A program made the translations under genes and the position numbers. The notes beneath the pieces are model-generated. The model saw nothing but the letters and a program-made list of their open reading frames with translations. It made no database searches and was not told where the DNA came from. Positions 1 through 10,060 of a stretch of 64,000 bases of DNA are shown here, piece after piece. The stretch comes from Geosiphon pyriformis uo1 (taxonomy: Eukaryota; Fungi; Glomeromycota), in assembly GCA_016748015.1 (NCBI GenBank), contig JAAOMT010000742.1, positions 41,543-105,542 of the forward strand. The letters run 5' to 3'. Every line of letters begins with the position of its first letter. Within the stretch, counting starts at the first letter, position 1.

Positions 1-783
1 AACATCAACTCTTTCTCAGGAATTGCTCATCTGGAAGCTCACTAAAAATGTGTAGTTACTTTGCTGTGAAAGTCAACTCTTCTACAGGAATCTCGTTTGT
101 AGGCTACCCTAATAATTATAATAAGAAAAGAAAGAAAAATAAAAGAAGTGTAAAAGAAATAGGATCTTATTAAGGGAAACGTTTTCTATCCAGGCCTGGA
201 GTCACTAACAGTTTACTGAAATTGGTAGCTAATCAATTTCGAAATGTTAGTTGGGTTTTGGGGATTTTCCAAGTACAATAATTAAAGAATTTGGTTTTTC
301 GAATTATTTGATATTTATTTCTTTTTGTGTGTATAGAAACGGTTTTAAAAGATAAATCTAAAGTAAGATACATTTTCTCGAAGAGAGAAGTTCTTCTTTT
401 ATACAACTTATTGTAACACTATTCTATGAACTTGAACTTTGCTATTTTCTACAATTTTGCAGAACTAAAGATACATTTCGGCGAACTACAAGTTATTTTG
501 GCGAACTATTAGATATTTCAGTGAACTATCAATTATTTCGGCAAATTTCTACAAATTTCAGCGAACTTCTGAATGTTACATAGTTCGAGGTATTGCATGA
601 TTGATCATCGCAATTAGGTTACATTTGTGTTGTGTACAATTTGAGTTATTAATTAAATAATAATTTCGGACATTTTTGCTAATGTGATAAGTGATCATTT
701 GGAACGATAATATATGCTAATTAATAATAGAAATTATAAGATAATTTCATGCTAAATAATATCTCTAATTTCATCTGGTAACA
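1..783 (-). mobile_element. Family A Gypsy LTR (copy A2, truncated by window start), inserted into the 3' LTR of element A1
   Basis: Collinear with 9185-9985 and with the reverse complement of 56913-57873. Terminus CTGGTAACA at 775-783 (TGTTACCAG on minus). Carries variants not shared by the A1 LTR pair (e.g. gatcatttggaacgat vs gataatttgaaacaat). Confidence 0.9.
455..570. repeat. U3 tandem array of family A LTR: ~6 units of 20 bp, palindromic core TTCG-G-CGAA
   Basis: tttcggcgaac, ttttggcgaac, tttcagtgaac, tttcggcaaat, tttcagcgaac at 476, 496, 516, 536, 556. The same array is at 784-875, ~9655-9770 and (reverse) ~57130-57225. Confidence 0.85.
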
Positions 784-1090
784 TCGGCAAACTACAAGTT
801 ATTTCTGCAAACTATTAGATATTTCTGTGAACTATCAATTATTTCGGCAAATTTCTACAAATTTTGGCAAACTTTTGAATGTTACATATTTCAGGGTATT
901 GCATGATTGATCATTGCACTTAGGTTACATTTGTGTTATGTATAAATTGGGTTATTAATTAAATAATAATTTTGGACATTTTTGCTAATGTAATAAGTGA
1001 TAATTTGAAACAATAATATATGCTAATTAATGATAAAATTTATAAGGGTAATTTTATGCTAGACAATATCTCTAATTTCATCTGGTAATA
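784..1090 (-). repeat. 3' LTR of A1 (U3 part only; interrupted by A2)
   Basis: Shares diagnostic variants with 9680-9985; differences are nearly all transitions. Preceded on minus by PPT GAGGAGGAGATTA. Confidence 0.9.
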
Positions 1091-1777
1091 TAATCTCCTC
1101 CTCAAGACTGAGTTCCGTCAAAGTCCAAGTACTGTCTGTAATTTCCAGATAATAATCCAAAATTATTGAAGAAATTTGGTCTGAAAATTGTTGAAATTTC
1201 AGTTTTGTGAGCTTTCCAATGTATTGAATTTTCAAAGGTTGTAAAATTGGGTTTTGTAGGACGTTTTCACAGGTGTGGAATAGGTCATAAAGTCTAAGAG
1301 CAGCTTTTAGTTTATAGCAACTGTTTGTAGGTCCAGTTGTTGTTTTGAATTCGTTGTAGAGTTGTTTTTGAATAGCTTTTTTTGTGAGGTTTGCTGCTGT
1401 AAGCTCCTGTTTTCGTTCATGAAGTGTTTTTCCAATGTAGAAATATCTATATATTGGAGTATAGTTATGGTTTTCTTCATTAAGACACAGTTGAAGTTTT
1501 TGTTGAATAGTAGTATTTGGTGAAATACTAATAGGAGTGAACATTAAATTTTCTTTTAAAGCAAGCTTCAAAAGTTCTGGTAGATGAATTCCAGAGTAAC
1601 TTTTTGTGTTTTTTTTGTTGGGTGATAATTTCGTGAATTTGGGGCTAAATTGGCAACTATTTCTGTTTGGGTATAATTAATATGTTTTCCTGTAATGGTG
1701 ATAGATAACTCAGGTATTGTCTTTAAAGCTAGCATTAATTTTTGAGCTATTTGTTGAACATTTTGAGGAATAGTCAT
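1059..1777 (-). pseudogene. Accessory ORF3 of element A1 (~240 aa, one frameshift), unknown function, reads through PPT into LTR
   Basis: ORFs 1568-1777 and 1059-1571 join into one protein by comparison with copy 56225-56944, whose lesions are at different positions. Ends ...EEEIILPDEIRDIV* inside the LTR. Confidence 0.8.
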
Positions 1778-2021
1778 TATAAAAATTTGAGTGAGAAAAA
1801 TATATTAAAATTATTTTTGGTATGTGGGTTTTTATGTTATTTTTGTCTTTCAGTGTGTTTTTGTTTTGTTTTGTTTTTGTGAAGTTATTTTTTTAAATTA
1901 TAGAGAAATAACTAGTAAAATTAAATTAAGTATTTAAGTTGGATAGTTGTTCAATGACAACTATTGGTTCTAAGTTTTAGAGAATATCTTCGGGATTGAC
2001 TAAAGAGGAATGTGTACCAAT

Positions 2022-3230
2022 TTATGGAATTAATGGTTTAGAATTGTTTCTGGAATGATAGTGTTTTAAACGATCTCCATGTGCAACTTTTGCTAGGATT
2101 TTGTTATCAAGTCTTAACTTGTATGATCTATTGCCTAGTATTTCATGAATAAAAAATGGTCCATCCCATTTATTTTCAAAATTTTCACTCCATTGTTTTT
2201 CAGCTTTAGTTCTGTATAGGAGAACTTTGTTTCCAACTTTAAAATCATTGGTAATTGGATGCAATTTGTTGTCATGCCATTCTTTTTGTTGAGTTTGGAA
2301 ATGTTCAATATGAGTGGCTACTATTTGTCATTTTCCTTTCAATGTGTTGAGAAGCATGTAGGCTCTTCATTGAAGCGTTTCCTAAAAATTGTTTTCATCA
2401 ATTGGTTGTGCTCAGTATGTTTTTATTGTGAAACTAATTGGAAATGTTGTTGTTCTTCTATAAGTTAAATCAAATGGTGTGTGTTTTGTGGTATCTTGTT
2501 TTAGTGTTCTGTATGCTAGTAATACTGATGGAATAAAGATATCCCAATCTTGCTCAAAATCGGTTGAAACTTTGGCTAATGACTCACACAATGTTCTGTT
2601 AAAATGTTCCATAAGTCTGTTTGTTTGTGGATGGTAGAGCGAAAACAGAGGTCTTTTGACATTAAATTGTTCGCAAATTTTTTGTATTAGGTTGTTCACA
2701 AAATGTGTTCCCTGATCGGATAAAAGTTCAATTGGACATCCGTGTCTACAAATAATATTTTCATAGATGAAATTTGCTACTGATTTTGCATCTGCTCGTT
2801 GAATGGCTCTAGCTTTGGGCCATTTAGTAAGATAGTCTACAGCTACTGCAATATAACAGTTTTCTTGTGTGGTAATAGATAGTGGTCTGACTAAATTGAT
2901 ACCAACTCAGTCAAAAGATTGTCCAACTTTGATTGGATTTAATGGTTCAGTAGGGCATGTTCCTCCTCTTCTTTGACAACTATCACAAGATTTGACATAT
3001 TTGTGAATGTCTTTTCTCATTCAAGGCCAAAAGTAGTATTCTCGTGTTCTTTGGGTGGTGCTGTCTTTTCTGAAGTGTGCTGATAAAGGATCTAAGTACA
3101 TGTTGTATAATATAGTCTCTTTTTTCTGTTCTTGTATTAATCTGAGTGGTTTGTCTGGGTTTTTGAAATTTCGATGATAAATAATGTTGTTGTGTAGAAA
3201 ATATTGTTTGGCTTGTTGTTGTAGTCAATG
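2022..3230 (-). pseudogene. Integrase of A1 (Zn-binding, DDE core, GPY/F; no chromodomain seen)
   Basis: YHPQTNRLMEHFNRTL, DWDIFIPSVLLAYRT, KWDGPFFIHEILGNRSYKL. Confidence 0.9.
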
Positions 3231-3379
3231 TTTTTCATCTGGAGACCAATCTGTTGGGATTTTTAATGTTTCCAAATATTGTTTAAGATTGTTGTAGTTT
3301 TCCAAATTCATTGTTTGTTGGCTGTTTTGGTTGGTTAAGTTGAGTGTTGGTTTTTGTGTTTTCTAATCTTGTCTCATTC

Positions 3380-4650
3380 TGGAGAAACAGTCAACATTGG
3401 TGTGAAGTTTTCCTGGTTTGTGATGTACTATGTATTAATAGTTTGCTAGAAATCCTGTCCATCGGGTTTGTTTTGCATTCAGCTGAGTATTTTTGTTCTG
3501 AAGCTATTTGAGTCTAATATTATCAGTGATAATATCGAATTCCTTTGGCCAAAGATAAAAATTGAAATGATGTAGGGCCCAAATTACAGCTGCTGTTTTC
3601 AATTCAGTGGCAGGATAATTTTTTTCAGCTGGTTTTAATGTTCTGCTAGCATAAGCAATTACATGCTCATTTCCATTGTTATCTAGTTGTGATAGGATAG
3701 CACCAAAGGCAGTATAAGAGGCATCTGTTGCTAATTGGAATCAGTTGCTGAAATCTGAGTAGGCAAGAATTGGAGCTGTCATTAGTTTTTCTTTAAGGAT
3801 TTCAAATGCATTTTGTCATTCAGTAGTCTATTTGTATTCGACTTTTTTGGTGGTAAGCTGGTTGAGAGGTTTTGCGATTTCTGAGAATTCTTTGATAAAT
3901 TTCTAATAGTAGGAGGCTAACCATATAAATCTTCTTAGTTCTGTAGTGTTTCAAAGAGTTTTGAAGTTTTTGACAGTACTGATTTTTCCAGAGTCTGGTT
4001 TGATTCCATCTTTACTAACAATATGACCAAGGAAGGCCAAGCTTGTTTTTCCAAAGTAGCATTTTTCGATGTTGAGTTTTAGTTCTGCTTTTCGTAATCA
4101 TTGAAAAACTTTTCGCAGGTGTTTTAAGTGTAATTCAAATGATAGAGAATAAACATCAGTATCATCAAGATAAATGACTACTGACTTCCAAAGGAGTCCT
4201 TGGTACACAACATCCATTAATCTCTGAAACATTGCTGGTGCATTGCATAATCCGAAAGACATTATATTGAACTTGTAATTTCTGCCTTGGGTAGTGAATG
4301 CTGTTTTGAGGTGATCTTTGGGATCCATAGCAACTTGCCAGTAACTGCTTTCTAAATCTAGTGTTGAAAAGTATTTGGATTTTCCCAGGACATCTAACAT
4401 GTCATCAATTCGGGGAAGGGGGTAGACATCTCCAATTGTAACACTGTTGAGTTGTCAATAGTCAACACAAAATTGTATCTTTCTATTTTTCTTTTTAATT
4501 AGCACTACAGGTAAAGCCCAAGGACTCATAAAGGGTTGGATGAGCCCATTGTTAAGCATTTGTTGTACTTTTTTTTGAATGAATTGGTGGCTTTTTGGAG
4601 CAACTCAGTAGATTTGTTGTTGCCTTGGTTTGGCATCTCTTGTGTAGATT
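3380..4650 (-). pseudogene. Reverse transcriptase and RNase H of A1
   Basis: YFSTLDLESSYWQV, MSFGLCNAPAMFQRLM, VVIYLDD; RNase H ATDAS and VIAYASR motifs. Boundaries approximate. Confidence 0.9.
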
Positions 4651-5204
4651 TAATGTTGAACCAAATCAGTTCTTCCTAAGTCATTGTTGTTTTCAACAAA
4701 AATATCAGCAAATTCTGCAATTAGCTCTTTGAGCTGGTTTTGTTGTTGTGGTTCAAGTTGTCCCATGTTGATTCGAGATAGTTTTTCTATGACAACATGG
4801 TAGTTTTTAGAGCTGAGATTTGGGTTGATTTTTGGTAGTGAATGTCCAATAATTTCAGAAAAATTGGGGACTGTTTGAGGTAATTCTTGCTGAAATATAT
4901 TGCTGTGAATAACTCCAATTTCTAAATTATTTAATAAAACTATGGGGTAATTATTGGGATTGTAAAAAGTAACTTGGATTTTCTTTGTTCTTTCTGGAAT
5001 ATAAATGTTTGGGATCGAAATATTATGTTTCAAGCAGACTTGTTCATTGGACTCAAAAATTTGTTGTGTGGTTGTCGGCTTTGGGCAGGTGTAGATTTCC
5101 AGATGTTCTCCAAAGAATGAAATAGTAATTGGTTGTGGAAGTCTGAGAATCTGGTGGGATTTGTTCTGTATGTTAAGAGCTATATTAATTGGAACTGTGA
5201 ATTG

Positions 5205-5636
5205 TTCAGTTAAACCAAAACCTTGGGTTCCTCTATCACTTTTTCCTAATTGTTCTCTTTGATTGACTAGTTGCAAACCCGAAATGTTGATTAGAAGTAA
5301 GTAAATAGCTTGGACAATTTTTTCAGCATGTTCGATCTTGAATGGTTTGTCAGTTTCATTTTGAAGCATCACTGTAATGTCTCCAGTATATCTAGCATTG
5401 ATTATTCCTCCTCTGACATTGATTCTTTTGCTTGCCAGAGAGGACTGAGAGGCGATTTGAACCATTGCTCTTGGCGGGATTTCGAGTGCAATTCTGAGGT
5501 TGATTTTTGTGAGAGATTTGGGTTTGAGAACAAGAGTATTCTTGTCTGGATATCTTAGATCATATCCAGCATTAATTTTGTGTGCTTTTTTGGGTTTTAT
5601 TCCTTGTCCATTGTTGTTAAAGTATTTGAGTTGTAA
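5205..5636 (-). pseudogene. dUTPase domain within Pol of A1, between protease and RT
   Basis: All five trimeric dUTPase motifs recognisable: AGYDL, IAS(Q)SSLA, GGII(N)A(R)YTGDI, (V)QAI, RGTQGFG. Confidence 0.9.
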
Positions 5637-6659
5637 AACAGGCTGATTTTCGATAAGATAGATGGGCGTTGTTTTAATTTTTTCTGTTGCTTTAGGTTCT
5701 CCAAATTCAATTTTATTCTCATCACTTTCACTGGGCAAGAGAATGTTAAAAGCGTAGCATTCAGAACATCACTGTTCATCACAAGACATAATGCATTCTT
5801 CACATAGCCTAATGTTCATTTGCTCTAATTGTTGAATTTGAGCTTCTTGGGTTGGGTAGGTGTGACTTGCAATTTGGTGGTAGACTTCTACTTCATCTTT
5901 GTAATCAAATCCAGCTAATTCCATGGTGTATTCAATGTATTCTGCTTCCTTCATTTGACAGACATTTTTTTTGGTAGCTTCATTAATTAATGCCATTGCT
6001 AGGTCAAAAATCATCTCAGTATTATGGAGGTAGTAATAAAGTTTGTTGAGAGCACTGTTGTATGCTGCATTAAAGGGTGTTTCTCTTTTTACTTTTTCTG
6101 AAATTGATAAAGCATATTGGCAGGTCTGATTGCAGACTCCTCCTTTTATTGCTATATCAATCCAATTACATTCTTCCAGTAGCATATCTCCACAAGTCAA
6201 ACAAGGGGTGTTATCCTATTTTCCACTTCTTTTTATTAAATAGCCCCATTATTTTTTATGGCAAGCCTTGCAGTAATAACAAATATGATTTTCATATTCT
6301 TCTTCAGGTGAAATACAGGCTTCCATTAATGAGAGTTTCTTGTGGCAGTCCTTGCATTTGAGTGGAATGTAAGGGCGTTGTTTTCATGCTTCTGGTTTTG
6401 AATAGAGAACATTCCATCTGGTTGTCACTGGTTCTTTTGGTTCAGAAGAATCATTTGTTGAAAAGTACTGTTGTTCAGTTTTATCGGCCCAGTTGGAGGT
6501 TGATCCAAGTGCCATAAATGTTTCAATGATGGGCTTTTTTTCTTCTGGTTCGAATTTAAAAACTGGGGCTTTTTCGGAGTGTTTGTTGAATGTACCATAA
6601 GTGGCAGATACTCAGGTGTGTTGTTCTTAATAAGAGATTGTTAACTCTTATGTCTCCCA

Positions 6660-8950
6660 ATTCAAATTAGCATTGGCTTTTTGAAGCCAATTATTTCTGA
6701 CAAGAGCTTGGTACTGGGGCACATCTATTACAAAAACTTTGACTGGAATGGTGATTCCATTAAGAGTGAATGGAAAATTGTCAATTTCTCCTACTGGAGT
6801 CTTTTTCATGCCATCGGCAGTAATGATTACTGTTTGAGCTGGTCAGTCAACATTTCTCTTTAACTGTTGCATTAACTGGTAGATGATAATGTTTCCAGTA
6901 GATCCACTGTCTAGGATCAAGTGAATTGTTTTTCCTTCGACTTCTGCTTCAGTGTACATAGCCGTGATTGCTTTTTGTTCATTAGCGGCTGCATTGCTAA
7001 GCAGAAATGGGGACTCATTTGCTTCGAATTCAAAAGAGAATATATCTGAAAGGTTGGCGTTTTCAGCAATTCTGGCTGGTAAGATTGTGGTGGGAGTATA
7101 AGAAGGGTTTTGTTGTTGTGCTGCAGCTCTACCTTCCGAGAGTGCAGTATAGTGAAAATTCTGTTCTTCTGGCATTGTTAAATAACTGGGTTGAGTGTGA
7201 TAATGGTTGGGTCTTGGTTGAACTGGATTTCGGAGAACCAATTGGTTGTTCGAACTGATTCTATTGTTGTTTACTTGGTATCGGTTTTGTGGTGTGAATT
7301 GATTTTGTGTAATCAATCTTCGAGCAGGTACTTGATAATGTTGTGTGGGTGGTTGTTGGTATTGTTGTTAGATTGGCTGTAGGGCAGACTGATAATAGTT
7401 ATTTTGGTATTGGGGTCTTGGTAGATAGTAAGCTGGTAGTGGTGGTTGATAATAAGATTGCTGTAGTGGAGGGTAACATTGATTACTCCTATTTTGTTGG
7501 TCTCATTGTAGCTTTTTGCAATCTCATTTCCAGTGGCCAGAGATTCCACAGTAATGGCAATTCTGAGGCTGGTTATTAGAAAGTGGTGCAAAGTTATTTT
7601 GATTTTGTCTTTGGAGTAGTTGATATCTTTGGGGTTACTGTTGTTGTTGATTGGTAAAATAGTTTTCAACCTTCTTTGTGAGTTGGTCAATTTTTTCCTC
7701 AGCTGCTGAGCTGGTTTCTCCAATTGCCAAATTTACAAGTTTTGTTTGATTGGCCTCTTCTATGGCCATTTCGTATCTTTTTACATGCTGTATGGCAGAG
7801 TTTAAATCTTCTGGGGTATGTGAATGGACCTTTTTTAATTAGTTTATCTTTTAAACTAGCAATAAATTGATCCAAGATTTGAGCATTGGAATAATAATCA
7901 TTTGTTTTGAGTTGGCAAATTTGTCTGAGAAGTTTGTTGAATTTTCTAATATAAGTCATAACAAATTCGGAGAATTCTTGTTTGATATTGCAAAAACAAT
8001 TTCGAAAGATGATGAAGGTATTATTATCAGTAAACTGTTCAAAGAAGGCTGCTTTGAAAGCATTTCAATTATTGAATGAAATGGCCAAGTTTTCAAACCA
8101 TTCTCCTGCTGTTCCTTTGAGAAAGTAGGGAATTGTTTTTAACATTCTGCCAGCATTCCATTCATTTGCATCTCCAGCTTTAATAACTTGGTTGAGCCAT
8201 TCTTGGGGACTGGTCTCAATGTCTTCTCTATTAAATTCAGGGATTTTTGTGATGTATGCTGTTATTTTGTCTTCTTTGTTTTCACTGTTTATTGATTCTT
8301 CTTCAGTTGTTTCAGAGTTGTTTTTTTTGTTTGCTGCTGTCTCAGAGTGTTCACTTTGATTTTCAGCTAGAAAATCAAGAAGATTGGAACTAGTTTGAAG
8401 GGGTTTTTGCTGTCTGGTGGGACTTCTAAGAGATGTAAAATCTTCTGGTTTCGCAAATTGATTCAAAAATGAATTAGATATTTGTGCTTGTGCAAGTGAA
8501 GCTGGAAAAGATGTGATGATAAGTGGAAGTTTTGAACTGGTTCTTTGTTCAGGTGTTTGTAAGTGTTTGGCAGTTGTTTTTGGTAGTATTGGAGTATCTG
8601 GGGTGGTTTTTGAGTATTGCTTCAATTTGTGTTTGCTTTTGTTGCTGGTTTCTATCTCCAATTCAAAATCAATAGAGTATTGAGACTGCACTGGATATGT
8701 TTCTTCACAGTACTTGATAATGTTAAAGTTAAGTTCTTGAAAGTAAGTAGCAAGTGTTTCACTGTTAAGATCTTCAGTTCCCAACTGTGAATAGTGTGCT
8801 AAATTATTGTAAAAGTTGCTTCTAACTTCTGAGATATTTTAATTTCCAAAAAGATAATTGTTAATGTGGTTTTTAATGTATTGGTATACTGATTTCTTGA
8901 CAACTTTAATTCCATGAGTTGTTGTGTCTGGTGTGGTTGCCACTTTGAAT
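6660..8950 (-). pseudogene. Gag and aspartic protease region of A1
   Basis: IPEFNREDIETSPQEWL..., IPYFLKGTAGEWF (capsid-like), QILDQFIASL, CCHC knuckle, IHLILDSGSTG. Boundaries approximate. Confidence 0.85.
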
Positions 8951-8988
8951 TTGTTGTTACTGTGTTATTTCCATGGAAGAACACCAAA

Positions 8989-9985
8989 TATTACTGGAGG
9001 TTTTTGGTCTCTTTTTTTCAATGTTGTTGATGCCTGTTTGCTGTGAATTTACGTTTTCTGGATGTGGTTGAACCTTCAGTAACTGAATTTATCTTCAAAT
9101 TATCTCCTATAATTTGAACTGCTGGACTTATAAGTGGAATGGCCAATTTCTTGCCAGTTGCTTTTATGTAGTTATGTTGTAGTAAACGTTAACTCTTTCC
9201 TAGGAATTGCTTGTCTGAAAGCTCACTAAAAATGTGTAGTTACTTTGCTGTAAAAGTCAACTCTTCTACAGGAATTTTTGTCTGTAAGCTACTCTAATGA
9301 TTATGATAATAAAAAAAAAGAAAAGAAAAGAAAAGAAAAATAAAAGAAATATAAAAAAAATAGAATTCTGTCAAGGGAAACGTTTTCTATCCAGGCCTGG
9401 AGTCACTAACAGTTTACTGAAATTGGTAACTAATCAATTTCGAAATGTTAGTTGGGTTTTGGGGATTTTCCAAGTGCAATAATTAAAGAATTTGGTTTTT
9501 CAAATTATTTGATATTTATTTCTTTTTGTGTGTGTAGGAATGGTTCTAAGTGATAAATCTAAAGTAAGATACATTTTCTTGAAGAGAAAAGCTCTTCTTT
9601 TATACAACTTGTTGTAACACTATTCTATGAACTTGAACTTTGCTCTTTTCTACAATTTTGTTGAACTAAAGATACATTTCGGCAAACTACAAATTATTTC
9701 TGTGAACTATTAGATATTTTGGTGAACTATCAATTATTTCAGCAAATTTCTACAAATTTTGGCGAACTTTTGAATATTACATATTTCGGGGTATTGCATG
9801 ATTGATTATTGTACTTAGGTTACATTTGTGTTATGTATAAATTGGGTTATTAATTAAATGATAATTTTGGACATTTTTGCTAATGTAATAAGTGATAATT
9901 TGAAACAATAATATATGCTAATTAATGATAAAATTTATAAGAGTAATTTCATGCTAGACAATATCTCTAATTTCATTTAATAACA
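8989..9985 (-). repeat. 5' LTR of A1 (~997 bp)
   Basis: Decayed TG...CA termini (TGTTATTAAATGAAATTAGAG ... CCTCCAGTAATA on minus); collinear with 56913-57873. Confidence 0.9.
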
Positions 9986-10060
9986 ACATAGTCATATTGT
10001 ATTAGATAATGGTTGGGCCTTGTTTGTTAAACTCTAATAAAAAAATAAAAAAATAAAATA
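9986..10060 (+). mobile_element. 3' tail fragment of a LINE (A-rich end), abutting the A1 insertion
   Basis: GGGCCTTGTTTGTTAAACTCTAATAAAAAAA matches GGGCCTTGTTCATTAAACTTTAATAAAAAAAA at 40224-40255. Confidence 0.65.

Larger units (their letters stand above)
784..9985 (-). mobile_element. Ty3/Gypsy LTR retrotransposon A1, near full length, decayed (gag-PR-Cys-rich-dUTPase-RT-RNaseH-IN-ORF3)
   Basis: 5' LTR 8989-9985, partial 3' LTR 784-1090, PPT 1091-1103, PBS-like TTTGGTGTTCTTCC just inside the 5' LTR. Gag CCHC knuckle (CHYCGISGHWK*DC ~7520-7560), protease LILDSGS (~6910), RT YLDD (~4165), RNase H ATDAS (~3725), integrase SDQGTHF (~2710) and WDGPF (~2160). Many stops and frameshifts. Confidence 0.95.

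Noticed and set aside
1059-1777. env gene
   Set aside because: Env position, but short, with no evident signal peptide, furin site or transmembrane anchor.
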